Shown: positions 41,132-51,763, numbered from the stretch's first letter. The stretch: 64,000 nucleotides of DNA from Spirochaetes bacterium GWB1_60_80 (GCA_001829185.1 MIAR01000032.1:80133-144132), one strand, 5' to 3'. Program-made: numbers and translations. Notes: a model not told the origin generated them from the sequence alone.

Positions 41132-43789
41132 ATGGCACACCACCCGGCGGCCAGTGCCCAGCGCCTGGCCGAGCTGCAGCGCAATCTGGCATCCTTCTAT
41201 CCGACGCTGTTGAACGGCTTCCTCGATCTGGTGCATAGCTTGGGTGGTGCGGCCGCGCTGTCGGTGCGCGAGCTGGAGATCGTGTCCGCCTTGACCCTCG
41301 GGACTTCCCGCATGCTGCTCGACCGTTCGCTGGTCTGGCTGGCCTGGCAACGCGGCGAGCTAGCCGGCTTCAGCCAGGTGCTTATCAGCCTGCATGCCGC
41401 CGCGCCGGCCGTGGCTAGCCGCTTCGCCGCCTTCTACCATGGGCTGGACGAGCCGCTGGCTGGCCTGCACGCTGCCCTGCTGGCGTACGCCGCCAGTCCG
41501 GCGCCGGCCGCTGACCGGCCGGGCCGCCTGCTGGCTTGGGTGTTCGAGTGTCCGCTCCCGGCCGACCGCGTCCGCCTGCTGGAGGGTTTTGCCTTGGTGG
41601 CGGTACAAGCCGCCGCCGTCTTGCCGGCCGTGTTGGGCACCTTGGATCGCCATTTCAAGACCCGATCGGTGAGCGACCGGCTGGATTGGCTGGGGCGTGG
41701 TTTCAGCCTGCAGAAGTCTGGTCGCGGTGAGGAGGCGAGCGCTTTTTGGTCGCTCCAATCACGTGAAAGCCGCTCCTTTCTGGGCCTGAATGGTGCCTTG
41801 TTACGCGAAGAACGGGAAATCTTGCGCATTTTCTGCGCCAGTCGGGCCAGTCGCGAACTTAATGTCCTGTCGTATGAAATTTCAGCCTACCAAGTAGCGC
41901 GCGCCTACACCGACGGCCAGTCGCTGTTTTTGCCACCGGAAATCAGCCTGTTTACCGACAATGAACTCAACCGCCGGGCCTACGCCGCCCTGACCGCCCG
42001 CCTGATCGGCCTGGTCAACAGTGGCAGTTTTAGCCTGGATTTTACGGAGAGCCCCTTCCGCTACCGGCTGGGGGAGCGCTATGGCGGTATCTTACCACCC
42101 TTCCGGCCCAGCCTGGTACGCGAATACGGCCGCCGCATCAAGGCCTTTCGGGAGCGGCGCGGTAATGTCCTGGAATTGGTTTTCCATACCGGTCGCTCGC
42201 TGGTGGTGCTGGAAACGGACCTGGAGCGCTACTTTTACGCCTTTCCGACGCCCTGGTTCATCCGCAAGCTATTCAGCGTGGTGGAAATTTGCCGGGTGGA
42301 GGCCGACTTGGCCAGACGCTACGCGGGATTACGCCAGGATTTTAGTGTGATGAACCAGGCTCTGGCCAGCCGTCTGCCACCCTGGCCGGAAGCCAGCGGG
42401 CAGCGGTCAAGCGATCCGGAGGACGGCCGCCGCCGCCTGTTCCTGGCCCTGTTGCGGCAACTGTACCTGTTGCGTCTTTCCAATGGCGACGACCGGACGG
42501 CGGCCTATTTTACCGGCCAGCGCGACAAACGGCTGGCCGACCAGCTGGTCAGCCTGTTGACGCCGCTACGCCAGATGGAAGCCACGGTGCAGACCTCGGC
42601 CGAAGTCGCGTTTGAGCTCTATAACCTGTTTTTCGATAATTTCCCGCTCAGTGGCTACGCTAGCGGTAGCGAAGCGCTCTTGCTGTGGCAGAATCCGCTC
42701 GATCCGGTGCTGGAGCCGGCTATCGTGGCCGACCAAAGCCCGGACTTGTTTCCGAATCATCCGGCGCGCTTCCAGGGTCTGGCGGCGGACGACGATGAGG
42801 CGCAAAGCGTCGACCTGACCCGGCTGAGCGAGAAGGAAAAACCGGAGGCCGAGTTGCGTAAGGCCATCCACAGCAAGGCAGTGCGGCTGTACGCCTACCC
42901 GGAGTTTGATTGTAATGCCCAGCATTATTTGCCCCGGCATTGCGCCTTGCAGGAACGCCAGATCGAGGCTGGCGACGGGTCTTGGTACGAGTCCGTGGTT
43001 AAGCAGCATCGGCAAGTGCTGCGGAAAATCATTCGGAAATTCCTGGCCATGCAGCCGGAGGCGGTGGAATTGACGCGGCGCTGGCTGGACGGCGATGAAA
43101 TTCATTTGGGCGACGCTATCGACTACGCGGTCGATTTATTGCGGGGCGCGGCCGGTGACGACCGCATCTATCAGCGCAAGACGGTAAACCAGCGCAGCGT
43201 CGCCGTCCAGATCCTCTTGGACGCCAGTTCCTCGACTCGTGAATCCATCAATGGCAGTACGGTTATTGAGCTGGAAAAGCGGGCCATGGCTTTGTTGGGG
43301 GCGGCTCTAGCCCGGATCGGCGACTGTTTTTCAATCGCGGCCTACAATTCCAACGGGCCGGCGGCGGTGTCGTTTTATGTAGCCAAGGATTTCAACGAAG
43401 GCTGGACGCCGGCGGTGCGTTCCCGGCTGAGCGCCATCGAGCCCTGGTCGGCCAACCGCGATGGCTGCGCCATCCGCCATGCCTGCCGGCGTCTGGCCAA
43501 CCTGGAACAAAAAACGAAGTTGTTGCTGTTGCTGAGCGATGGCATGCCGGCCGACAAGGATTACGGCCAGTCCGACGGTTCGGCGGTGGTCGATTACGCG
43601 CTCGAGGATACGCGGCGAGCCATCCTGGAAGCCCGCCGCGCCGGCATCGTGCCGTTCTGCATCACCATCGACGAGAAGGCCAAGGACTATATCGGCCATC
43701 TGTATGGCGATTACAGCTACTCGGTGCTGAGCGATATTGAGCTGTTGCCGCAGCGCCTGGCCCGGCTCTATCTGCGTCTGACGCGCTAG
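41132..43789 (+). CDS. CbbO/NorD-type protein with a C-terminal von Willebrand A domain
   Basis: ~885 aa. C-terminal VWA with MIDAS LLDASSSTRE...LLLLSDGMPAD...FCITID. The start is ATG 41132 or TTG 41117. Confidence 0.75.
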   Translation: MAHHPAASAQRLAELQRNLASFYPTLLNGFLDLVHSLGGAAALSVRELEIVSALTLGTSRMLLDRSLVWLAWQRGELAGFSQVLISLHAAAPAVASRFAAFYHGLDEPLAGLHAALLAYAASPAPAADRPGRLLAWVFECPLPADRVRLLEGFALVAVQAAAVLPAVLGTLDRHFKTRSVSDRLDWLGRGFSLQKSGRGEEASAFWSLQSRESRSFLGLNGALLREEREILRIFCASRASRELNVLSYEISAYQVARAYTDGQSLFLPPEISLFTDNELNRRAYAALTARLIGLVNSGSFSLDFTESPFRYRLGERYGGILPPFRPSLVREYGRRIKAFRERRGNVLELVFHTGRSLVVLETDLERYFYAFPTPWFIRKLFSVVEICRVEADLARRYAGLRQDFSVMNQALASRLPPWPEASGQRSSDPEDGRRRLFLALLRQLYLLRLSNGDDRTAAYFTGQRDKRLADQLVSLLTPLRQMEATVQTSAEVAFELYNLFFDNFPLSGYASGSEALLLWQNPLDPVLEPAIVADQSPDLFPNHPARFQGLAADDDEAQSVDLTRLSEKEKPEAELRKAIHSKAVRLYAYPEFDCNAQHYLPRHCALQERQIEAGDGSWYESVVKQHRQVLRKIIRKFLAMQPEAVELTRRWLDGDEIHLGDAIDYAVDLLRGAAGDDRIYQRKTVNQRSVAVQILLDASSSTRESINGSTVIELEKRAMALLGAALARIGDCFSIAAYNSNGPAAVSFYVAKDFNEGWTPAVRSRLSAIEPWSANRDGCAIRHACRRLANLEQKTKLLLLLSDGMPADKDYGQSDGSAVVDYALEDTRRAILEARRAGIVPFCITIDEKAKDYIGHLYGDYSYSVLSDIELLPQRLARLYLRLTR

Positions 43790-43813
43790 CCAGCTGGGCT
43801 AGGGTGGCGGGCT

Positions 43814-44851
43814 TCAGCCCTGGTCAACCTCGACCATCCAGCCGCTGGGGCCGGCCACGTCGCCATATTGGATGCCGGTGAGGGTATCGTACAGCTTCCG
43901 GGTTACCGGGCCGACGGTTTTCCCGTCGCCGAAGAGGTGCTCCCGGCCGTTGTGGGTGATGCCGCCGATCGGGGTGATCACCGCCGCGGTGCCGCAAGCG
44001 CCGGCTTCGGCGAACTCGTCCAGGTGGTAGATGGACACGTCGCTTTCCTCGACCGGCAGGCTCAGGTATTTCTGGGCTACCTCCATCAGCGAGTATTTGG
44101 TGATGGAGGGCAGGATGGAGTCAGATTTCGGGGTAACGAATTTCCCGTCCCGGGTGATGCCGAAGAAATTGGCGGCGCCGACTTCTTCGATCTTGCTGTG
44201 GCTGAGCGGATCGAGGTAAATGCAGTCGGCATAGCCGGCCTTGACGGCCTGTTCGTGGGCCAGCAGGCTGGCCGCGTAATTGCCGCCGACCTTGGCCTGG
44301 CCGGTGCCGTGCGGAGCCGCCCGATCGCGGGCCGAGGTTATGAAGCGGACCGGCGCCAAGCCGCTCTTGAAATAGGCGCCCACCGGGCAGCCAAAGACAC
44401 CGAAATGGTATTCGGGAGCCGGGCGGACGCCCATGTTCTGGCCAACGCCAATCAGGTACGGCCGCAGGTAAAAGGACGCGCCTAGGCCATACGGCGGAAC
44501 CCACTTCAGGTTGGCGCGCACCACCGCCTGCACGGCGCGCAGGAACAATTCTTCGGGAACCGGCGGCATCATGACATCAAGTGCGCTGTTGCGCAGCCGT
44601 TTGGCATTTTGATCCGGACGGAAGATAAGGATGCGGCCATCCTTGGTGGTATAGGCCTTGAGGCCTTCAAAGGCCTGCTGGCCATAATGGATGGCCGTGG
44701 AGCCTTCGTGGATATGGATATGATTGTCTTCGGTCAAGGCGCCGTCGCTCCACGTGCCGTCACGATAGTGGGCCATAAAGCGCAGGTCGGTTTTTAAATA
44801 GGCAAACCCCAGGTTCTTCCAGTCCAGGTCGACTTTTTGAATGATTCCCAT
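43814..44851 (-). CDS. ilvE: Branched-chain amino acid aminotransferase
   Basis: 345 aa. [51 protein letters not shown]. Confidence 0.9.
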   Translation of the reverse strand: MGIIQKVDLDWKNLGFAYLKTDLRFMAHYRDGTWSDGALTEDNHIHIHEGSTAIHYGQQAFEGLKAYTTKDGRILIFRPDQNAKRLRNSALDVMMPPVPEELFLRAVQAVVRANLKWVPPYGLGASFYLRPYLIGVGQNMGVRPAPEYHFGVFGCPVGAYFKSGLAPVRFITSARDRAAPHGTGQAKVGGNYAASLLAHEQAVKAGYADCIYLDPLSHSKIEEVGAANFFGITRDGKFVTPKSDSILPSITKYSLMEVAQKYLSLPVEESDVSIYHLDEFAEAGACGTAAVITPIGGITHNGREHLFGDGKTVGPVTRKLYDTLTGIQYGDVAGPSGWMVEVDQG

Positions 44852-44892
44852 GCGATCCTCCCGTGTTGTGGAATGGCCAGGCAGCCGGCTGG

Positions 44893-46077
44893 TCAGCCCT
44901 GGCGGGGTATTCTCAGGACATCGTTGCGACGTAAGGCGCGAAACAGTTCATCCGCTGGATAATAACGGTTACGTCCCAGCATACTTTCGTCGTCATGATA
45001 GCGCAGGTTGTTGTTTGACCAGTCGGACGGGATGGGGTCCTGGATAATCAGATAGCGGTGATCCAGGCTGTAGCCTTTGATGGCTAGGTAATGGCCACCG
45101 TTGTCGGTGTAGTATTGGCCAAAGAGATTGTTCACCGGATCGCTGATCTCGGGTAGGCCGGCCATGTCATAAACTAGTCCGACCAGGTAGCCCGCTGCCA
45201 GAATGTCGATGATGTCCTCGGCCGAATGAACCGGGATGATGTCCGCGGCCACGGCGTGGCTACGTAGTACATCGCGCAATTCTTCCATGGTAACTCCGCC
45301 GCCGCCTTGCCAGCCGACGATGCGCCGGATTTGGGGGACTGGAATGTTGACGCCTTTAGACCAGGCCAGAGCCATCGATACTATGGTCGGCCCGCAATTG
45401 CTGGTCGTTTCGGTCCGAAATTGGGTGTAGTACCAGTTCAGGTCCGTCCGTTCCAAGTGGAAAGATGGAATCGGCGAAATGAACAGGTTGTATTGCAGGG
45501 TGCGATCTTCGAGGATGCTGCGGACATTGTAAAAGCCGGTGGCCGTGCTGCGGTAAATTTGCCATTCTGGATTTTGGGCCAACAATTCGAAGGCGTTGGT
45601 GGTCTGGCCGGCTGGGCCGTGAATTTGCTGGATCTGGCCGGGGATCAGGAAGGCGGCTTGTGGTTGGCCAAGAGTCAGGTATTTTTTGTTGTCTGGCAGG
45701 CTGAAGGGTTTGGCTTGAATTCGGAGGGATTGGATACGGTAGCCCGACTCGGACAGCTTGGCTTCGACGTCAATGCTTACGAAAGGCGAGCCGCGGGCGA
45801 GGTGCTCCGGGAAGGCATGGTAGAGTTCGCTGCCAGCCACGACGCTCTGACCGTTGAGCGTCCATTGGACGGTGCCATTGGCCAGGGCCGGTTGCAGATT
45901 GGCGGCGTTGCCCGGGTCATCGTTCGGGGTGAGAAAGAAGCGGTAGAAGACGTGTTGTCCGTCGGTCTGTTCTTCCCAGGCAATCTGCAGCACCGGTGGG
46001 GGGAGCTGTGGCGCGCAGGAAAGGGCTATGAAAAAAAAGAGGCATAAGCCTAGGATGGCGCGGCGACCAATAGTCAT
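44893..46077 (-). CDS. Lipoprotein with a C-terminal C39-like (papain-fold) peptidase domain
   Basis: Lipobox IALSC. Candidate Cys ([15 protein letters not shown]) and His ([10 protein letters not shown]). Confidence 0.55.
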   Translation of the reverse strand: MTIGRRAILGLCLFFFIALSCAPQLPPPVLQIAWEEQTDGQHVFYRFFLTPNDDPGNAANLQPALANGTVQWTLNGQSVVAGSELYHAFPEHLARGSPFVSIDVEAKLSESGYRIQSLRIQAKPFSLPDNKKYLTLGQPQAAFLIPGQIQQIHGPAGQTTNAFELLAQNPEWQIYRSTATGFYNVRSILEDRTLQYNLFISPIPSFHLERTDLNWYYTQFRTETTSNCGPTIVSMALAWSKGVNIPVPQIRRIVGWQGGGGVTMEELRDVLRSHAVAADIIPVHSAEDIIDILAAGYLVGLVYDMAGLPEISDPVNNLFGQYYTDNGGHYLAIKGYSLDHRYLIIQDPIPSDWSNNNLRYHDDESMLGRNRYYPADELFRALRRNDVLRIPRQG

Positions 46078-46131
46078 GCTGAATTAATACTGATTTTCAG
46101 CCTACTTGTCCAGTCATGGCGTCTGGCCGGG

Positions 46132-47697
46132 TCAGTCCAGGCGATAATGGCAACCGATCGACCGTTCGTTGTGGATGGCGGCGGCCAGGACGATCTGGGC
46201 GCAGACCACGCCATTGCGTAGTTCTATCAGGTCGCGGTTGAGGACAGCTTCCTGGTAAAACTTGGTGATGCGGTGGGCATGGTAGTTGAGGTCGGCGCTG
46301 GCGCGTTCCAGGCCCTTGCGGGTACGAATGATGCCAGCATGATTCCACATCGTCATTTTGACGTTATTCCAGTCCTGGTAGACCAGCATGGGTTCGAATA
46401 CTTCGGGATGTAAGGGCAGCTTCCAGTCCGGTATGGCCGCAAAGCGGCCCGTTGCCACAGCCTGATGCCCGCCGATGATGTGTCGGGCGGCACGGATACC
46501 CCACAGCAGGCCTTCCAGCAACGAAGTTGAGGCTAGCCGGTTGGCCCCGTGCAAGCCGGTGCATGACACCTCGCCGATGGCGTAGAGGCGCTGGAGCGAG
46601 CTGCGACCGTCGCCGTCGACCTTAACGCCGCCGATAAAATAATGGGCGGCCGGAGTAATCGGAATGGGCTCATGGCTGATGTCCAGGCCACCAGCCAGGC
46701 AAGTCTCGTAAATGCGGCTGAAGCGTTGTTTAAGCGGTTTCTCTCCTTTATAGTAGGAGGCCAGATCCAGGCGCATGTATTTAGAGCCTTCTCGGGCCAT
46801 CTCGTTATAAATGGCGCGGGCTACCACGTCGCGCGGGGCCAGGTCACCCAACGGAGAGTATCTCGGCATGAACGGTTCGCCGGCCTGGTTGATGAGCTGG
46901 GCGCCTTCACCGCGCAGTGACTCGGAAATCAGGAAGCGTCGAATGTCCTTGTGGTAGAGGGCGGTGGGGTGGAATTGGACGAATTCAGCGTTGATGACAT
47001 CAGCCCCAGCTCGATAAGCCATACTGATGCCGTCGCCGGTGGCCTCGGCCGGATTGGTCGTATACTGGTAGATATTGCCAAGTCCACCGCAGGCCAGTAC
47101 CACTGCATTGGCCAGCCAGGTACAGACGCCTGGCCGTTCATCGTCCAGCACGTAAGCGCCGAGTACTTCACGCTCCTTGTACAGTTCTTGGCAATCGGTG
47201 GAATGGTGATTGTTAGTAATCAGGTCGATGGCGGTGCAGCGGGTGTGCATCTCGACGCCGATCTTGCGAGCATAGGCTATCAGGGCGCTTTCGATGGCGT
47301 CGCCGGAATGGTCGTCATGATGCAGGATACGCCGGGCGGAATGGGCGGCCTCTTCGGTGTAATCCAGGTCACCGGCTTTATTGCGGCTGAATTCGACGCC
47401 GATTTTGTCCACCAGGAAGCTGTGCACCAACGGCGGTCCTTCGCGGGACAACAGTTCTACCGCCGCCTGGCTATTGTAGTCGCACCCGGCCCGATAAATG
47501 TCGCTGGCCAGGAGCTCGGCCGTGTCACCGTCGCGGCCGGCAATGATGCCGCCCTGAGCGTAGTTGGTGTTGGTTTCCTCGAGCTTGGCGGCCTTGGTGA
47601 TGACCACGACCTCCAGGCCGGCCTCGCGGGCGACGATGGCGGCGCTTAGACCGGCTACGCCCGAGCCGATTATCAGAATGTCGACGCTACGCCTCAT
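46132..47697 (-). CDS. nadB: L-aspartate oxidase
   Basis: DILIIGSGVAGLSAAI, AQGGIIA, RLYAIGEVSCTGLHGANRLASTSLLE. ATGA overlap with nadA. Confidence 0.9.
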   Translation of the reverse strand: MRRSVDILIIGSGVAGLSAAIVAREAGLEVVVITKAAKLEETNTNYAQGGIIAGRDGDTAELLASDIYRAGCDYNSQAAVELLSREGPPLVHSFLVDKIGVEFSRNKAGDLDYTEEAAHSARRILHHDDHSGDAIESALIAYARKIGVEMHTRCTAIDLITNNHHSTDCQELYKEREVLGAYVLDDERPGVCTWLANAVVLACGGLGNIYQYTTNPAEATGDGISMAYRAGADVINAEFVQFHPTALYHKDIRRFLISESLRGEGAQLINQAGEPFMPRYSPLGDLAPRDVVARAIYNEMAREGSKYMRLDLASYYKGEKPLKQRFSRIYETCLAGGLDISHEPIPITPAAHYFIGGVKVDGDGRSSLQRLYAIGEVSCTGLHGANRLASTSLLEGLLWGIRAARHIIGGHQAVATGRFAAIPDWKLPLHPEVFEPMLVYQDWNNVKMTMWNHAGIIRTRKGLERASADLNYHAHRITKFYQEAVLNRDLIELRNGVVCAQIVLAAAIHNERSIGCHYRLD

Positions 47698-48809
47698 GAG
47701 CGTCCTCCTTGGACTAGGGCTGGACCTTCGACGATGGCGATCATGGCCTTCAGGGCGGCGGCGGCGTCGGATCGGATAGCCTCGTCGACCTGTACCAGGT
47801 GTAGTAGCGGCTTAGCAGCCGTGGACTCGTGGGACTCGATTGACTGCAGGCAGGCCAGGACATTGTCCAGGGTGATGCGCGCCATGTTGAAGCAGTACGA
47901 TTCGCGCAGCGGCAGCACCAGGCGGTCGCCGAATTCGGCGGCGATGCGGTGCACGAAGCTGGCTTCTGTCCCAACAATCCAGCTGGAGCCAGGCTGGCCG
48001 GTAGCGACGGCCTTGTAGATGGCCTCGGTCGAGCCGCTGGAATCGGCGGCTTGAACGACTGCTTCGTCGGACTCGGGATGGACGATGATATGGCTGCCGG
48101 GATGGCGCTGGCGAGCGGCCGCGATATCCTCCGGTTTGAAGCGCTTGTGGACATGGCAGAAGCCGTCCCAGAGATAGAGTCGAGCCTTGGCCGGGTCGGC
48201 ATCTAGCACCAATCCATGCCGGCTGCCGTCGCGGGCGACCCGGAAAATTTCCGCAGCCGGCAGTTTCAGTTGGCGGGCGGTGTTGATGCCCAGATTGTAA
48301 TCCGGGCCGAAGAAAACCGGCTGGCCGGCCGCGAAATAATGAGTGAGCAGTTTGGCGGCGTTGGAAGAGGTACAGATGGCGCCGCCGCGCCGGCCGGTCA
48401 ACGCCTTCATGTCAGCGTACGAGTTCATATAGGTCAGGGGAATTACAGTCTGGCCGCATAGTTTGTCCAGGGATTGCAGGATGGTCTCAGCCGCTTCGGC
48501 TTCGATCATGTCGGCCATCGGGCAGCCGGCGACTGGGTCAGGAATGAGCACCTTTTGGCCGGGGCGGGCCAGAATGGCGGCGCTTTCGGCCATGAAGCGG
48601 ACGCCGCAGAAAACGATATAGTCGGCCTGGGCGGCGGCGCCTTCCTTGGCTAGCCTGTAGGAATCGCCTATAAAATCGGCCAGGGCGACGATTTCGGCCC
48701 TCTGGTAATGGTGGGCCGGCATGACCAGGCGGCTACCCAGGCGCTGCTTGATAGCCCTGATCTGCTGGCTGAGGTCTTGGTTTCCGGGTGCGTTGCCGTT
48801 GGCGGTCAT
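47694..48809 (-). CDS. nadA: Quinolinate synthase
   Basis: MPAHHYQRAEIVALADFIGDS, FCGVRFMAESA, CPMADM, CTSSNA, HPES. Lies between nadC and nadB with 4-nt overlaps. Confidence 0.9.
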   Translation of the reverse strand: MTANGNAPGNQDLSQQIRAIKQRLGSRLVMPAHHYQRAEIVALADFIGDSYRLAKEGAAAQADYIVFCGVRFMAESAAILARPGQKVLIPDPVAGCPMADMIEAEAAETILQSLDKLCGQTVIPLTYMNSYADMKALTGRRGGAICTSSNAAKLLTHYFAAGQPVFFGPDYNLGINTARQLKLPAAEIFRVARDGSRHGLVLDADPAKARLYLWDGFCHVHKRFKPEDIAAARQRHPGSHIIVHPESDEAVVQAADSSGSTEAIYKAVATGQPGSSWIVGTEASFVHRIAAEFGDRLVLPLRESYCFNMARITLDNVLACLQSIESHESTAAKPLLHLVQVDEAIRSDAAAALKAMIAIVEGPALVQGGRS

Positions 48810-49690
48810 GCCAAATTCCTTTCTTGCTTGAGCGAGAAGTCGAATACCGTGACGCTGTGGGTAAGTTCCCCGAAGGAGATATAGCTGATGCCGGAATCGG
48901 CCAAGGCGCAGAGCCGTTCCACCGTCATGTTGCCGGAGGCTTCGGTTTCGGCCCGTCCGGCCACCAGCTGGACGGCGGCGCGCATCATAGCGTCGTCCAT
49001 ATTGTCCAGCATGATGCGGTCGGCGCCGGCGGTCAAGGCCTGTTCCACTTCGGTCAGGTTGCGGGTTTCCACTTCGATGCGGAAGCGCCGACCCCAGCGT
49101 TTTCGGGCCTTGGCTACAGCCAGGGCGATGCCGCCGGCAGCGTCGATATGGTTATCCTTGAGCATGATCATGTCGAACAGGCCAAGGCGATGATTTTGGC
49201 CGCCGCCGCAACGGACGGCGTATTTTTGCAGGAAGCGCCAGCCGGGTAGGGTCTTGCGGGTATCGAGGATGACGGGCAAGGCGTTGACCGGCTGCCCCTT
49301 GGCGGCCAGCCGGGTAGCGGCGGCGTTGAGGGCAGCCACGAATCCGGCGGTCTTGGTGGCGATCCCCGACAGGTGGGACAGGAAGTTGAGGGCGGTGCGT
49401 TCGCCGGTTAAAATGGCGGCGGTTGGACCGCTGACTCTGGCCACCACCTGGCCGGGTTCCAAGCGCTCCCCGTCGTGATAGTCGCTACTTACCACCAGGC
49501 GGCGGTCTACCTTGGCAAAGACCGCCCGGAAGACGTCCAGTCCGCACAGAACGCCTGAGTCCTTGGCCAAAAGGCAGAAGACGCTGCGGTCGCCTGGGCC
49601 GAAAAGGGCCTGGCTACTGACATCGCCAGCGCGGTAGAGGTCTTCGGCTAGCGCCATTTGTATGAGTCGACGGGAATCGGGTGTTTGCAT
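48806..49690 (-). CDS. nadC: Nicotinate-nucleotide pyrophosphorylase (carboxylating)
   Basis: ALAEDL..GDVS, LTGERTALNFL, DTRKTLPGWR, MLKDNH, IMLDNM, ETEASGNM. Confidence 0.9.
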   Translation of the reverse strand: MQTPDSRRLIQMALAEDLYRAGDVSSQALFGPGDRSVFCLLAKDSGVLCGLDVFRAVFAKVDRRLVVSSDYHDGERLEPGQVVARVSGPTAAILTGERTALNFLSHLSGIATKTAGFVAALNAAATRLAAKGQPVNALPVILDTRKTLPGWRFLQKYAVRCGGGQNHRLGLFDMIMLKDNHIDAAGGIALAVAKARKRWGRRFRIEVETRNLTEVEQALTAGADRIMLDNMDDAMMRAAVQLVAGRAETEASGNMTVERLCALADSGISYISFGELTHSVTVFDFSLKQERNLA

Positions 49691-49695
49691 GACGC

Positions 49696-50904
49696 TTAGT
49701 TCTCCAGAATGGTGATTTCCACCCGGCGGTTACGCGCCCGGCCGGCCTCGGTGTTATTGTCGGCTACCGGACGCTCGGCGCCGTAGCCGATGATGCTGAT
49801 GTCTTCCGCCGCGCGGACGCCCAAGCCAATCAGGATATCGGCTACGGCCGTGGCTCGGGCCACGGACAGTTCCACCTGGCTTTCAGCGGAGCCGACCCGG
49901 GCGGTGTGCCCGGCGACGAGCAGTTCGTAGCCCGGTATCCCGCGCAGGATAGCGGCGATCTGCCGCAGTTTGTCCATCTCACCGGGCAGCAAGGCCGTGG
50001 AATCGGCCACGAAACGGATGTCTTCCAGGCTGATGGTAACACCGCGCTGGTCACTTTGTATACTGACGCCTGGCAGGTCGCCGACCGCGTCCCGGACCTG
50101 ATCCACCACCACCTCCCGGTTCATCAGCTCGGCCTCGACGACCTGGGCGCTGGCCAGGCCGCGGTATTCGACAATGGCGCCGGTCGACAGCTCGAAAATG
50201 AATTTGAACTGCTCTTCGTAGGCCAGAAGACCGCCTCGTTCGGGATCCCAATAATGAATCTGGTTGGAAAAGCCGCTAATCTGTACCGGATAGGCTACGT
50301 TCCAGGCCGGCGGAGGCCCCGGTTGATAGAACACCGTGTAGCTAGCCCGAAAAACCTGGACGGTCTGACCCTGCCAGGTTGACGGACCGACGTATTCGTA
50401 GCGGACCTCGATGGGGATGACATAGGGATCGGGTATGCCGAAGTCGCTGCGAAAGTCGTGACGCTCCTCGGCCGGCGCCGTCCAGGTGTCGCCGGGCTGG
50501 AGCTGGCGCGGCGGGAAAGTTGGCACGTGGCGGACGACTGGCATGAAGTACTGTGGTCCGATTTCGTAACGGCCACTGGGTAGCTGCCAGTACTCCGACT
50601 GGTATTCCTGGTCGATGCGATAGCCGGAACTGGAGGTGGAGCCGGTCTGGAAGGTGCCGCGTAACAAGCCGGCCCCGTCGGCGCGGACCTCAGCTACCTC
50701 GAAAGCGATACGGTTGACGATCTCGGTGGAGTGGTTGAAGCGACGGTTGAAATAGACGTCTTCGGATACTTGGGACAGTATACGGTACTTGTCGCCTTTT
50801 ACGAAGCTATGCTGGAATTCCTCAGCGGCGGCGAGACGCGGAAACAGCGCCGCGATGGTCAACAAGCCGATCAGGCAGGCGTTATTTGGTGTGGCTATGG
50901 TCAT
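49696..50904 (-). CDS. Secreted protein with a C-terminal OmpA-like peptidoglycan-binding domain
   Basis: Signal peptide. C-terminus FVADSTALLPG...LVAGHTARVGS...SVARATAVADIL...RNRRVEITI. SD GAGGG. Confidence 0.8.
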   Translation of the reverse strand: MTIATPNNACLIGLLTIAALFPRLAAAEEFQHSFVKGDKYRILSQVSEDVYFNRRFNHSTEIVNRIAFEVAEVRADGAGLLRGTFQTGSTSSSGYRIDQEYQSEYWQLPSGRYEIGPQYFMPVVRHVPTFPPRQLQPGDTWTAPAEERHDFRSDFGIPDPYVIPIEVRYEYVGPSTWQGQTVQVFRASYTVFYQPGPPPAWNVAYPVQISGFSNQIHYWDPERGGLLAYEEQFKFIFELSTGAIVEYRGLASAQVVEAELMNREVVVDQVRDAVGDLPGVSIQSDQRGVTISLEDIRFVADSTALLPGEMDKLRQIAAILRGIPGYELLVAGHTARVGSAESQVELSVARATAVADILIGLGVRAAEDISIIGYGAERPVADNNTEAGRARNRRVEITILEN

Positions 50905-50975
50905 GGCTTTCCCTCATGTATGAAATATCGGCAAGTTTATGGAAGTAACACAAGTGCTGCGGATAGATCCGTGAT

Positions 50976-51004
50976 TTGGCCTATGGCCTATATTGTTGTA
51001 TATT
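50976..51004 (+). promoter_or_regulatory. Candidate promoter for leaderless msrA
   Basis: TTGGCC (50976-50981), 17 nt, TATATT (50999-51004), 6 nt (gtatat), ATG 51011. Confidence 0.4.
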
Positions 51005-51010
51005 GTATAT

Positions 51011-51694
51011 ATGAAAATACTGATGTATTTTGTGTTGATCGGGTTGACGGCTTGTTCGATTCAAAGCCAAGATTCGGGGCTGACTAACGACCTGGCTAAC
51101 GGCTCCGCGAGGCAAAGTAGCGGATGGACTGTCGGGCTTGATCCGGCGGAAATAGTCGATATTGAGGATCGTAGCGGTTTGGAGCGCTTGGTAATCGGTG
51201 GTGGCTGCTTCTGGTGCCTGGAGGCGGTTTTCGAATTGGTGCCAGGCGTCAAAGCAGTAGAATCCGGGTATGCCGGCGGGACGTGGCTAAATCCGACGTA
51301 TCAGGACGTTACCGGCGGCTGGACTGGCCATGCCGAAGTGGTGAGCCTGTTCTTTGACCCCGCTGAAACCTCGCTGGCCTGGCTGTTTGATCTGTTTTTC
51401 AAGATTCATGACCCGACTACTCCGAATCGGCAGGGTGGCGACGTTGGTTCACAGTATCGGTCGATCATACTGTATAGAGGAGCTGAACAACGCGAAGCGG
51501 CCCGGTTAGCTATCGCTCGGGCGGCCACCGTTTTCGAGAAACCGGTTGTTACCGAGCTGACTCCCTTGGGAGATTTCTGGCTGGCCGAGGACTACCACCA
51601 GAATTTTTTCCGCTTGAACCCTGAATACGGTTATTGCCGCCTCGTAATCGTACCTAAGGTCGGCACCGCATTGGATTTTATGGCTACCGAGTGA
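51011..51694 (+). CDS. msrA: Peptide-methionine (S)-S-oxide reductase, lipoprotein form
   Basis: GGGCFWCLEAVF active site. GYAGG, HAEVV, DPTTPNRQG.D.G.QYRS. Lipobox GLTAC. Start at ATG 51011 (residue 7). Confidence 0.85.
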   Translation: MKILMYFVLIGLTACSIQSQDSGLTNDLANGSARQSSGWTVGLDPAEIVDIEDRSGLERLVIGGGCFWCLEAVFELVPGVKAVESGYAGGTWLNPTYQDVTGGWTGHAEVVSLFFDPAETSLAWLFDLFFKIHDPTTPNRQGGDVGSQYRSIILYRGAEQREAARLAIARAATVFEKPVVTELTPLGDFWLAEDYHQNFFRLNPEYGYCRLVIVPKVGTALDFMATE

Positions 51695-51763
51695 TAGCTC
51701 GGCCAGTAAACAGGTTGCTTTGCCCGATACAGGTACATGATGACTTCAATACCGTAGGGCAGC

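Noticed and set aside
51706-51732. AAACAGGTTGCTTTGCC downstream of msrA resembling the MITE terminus
   Set aside because: Only about 9 nt (AACAGGTTG) match. There is no TGTTGAAAAA core and no hairpin partner.
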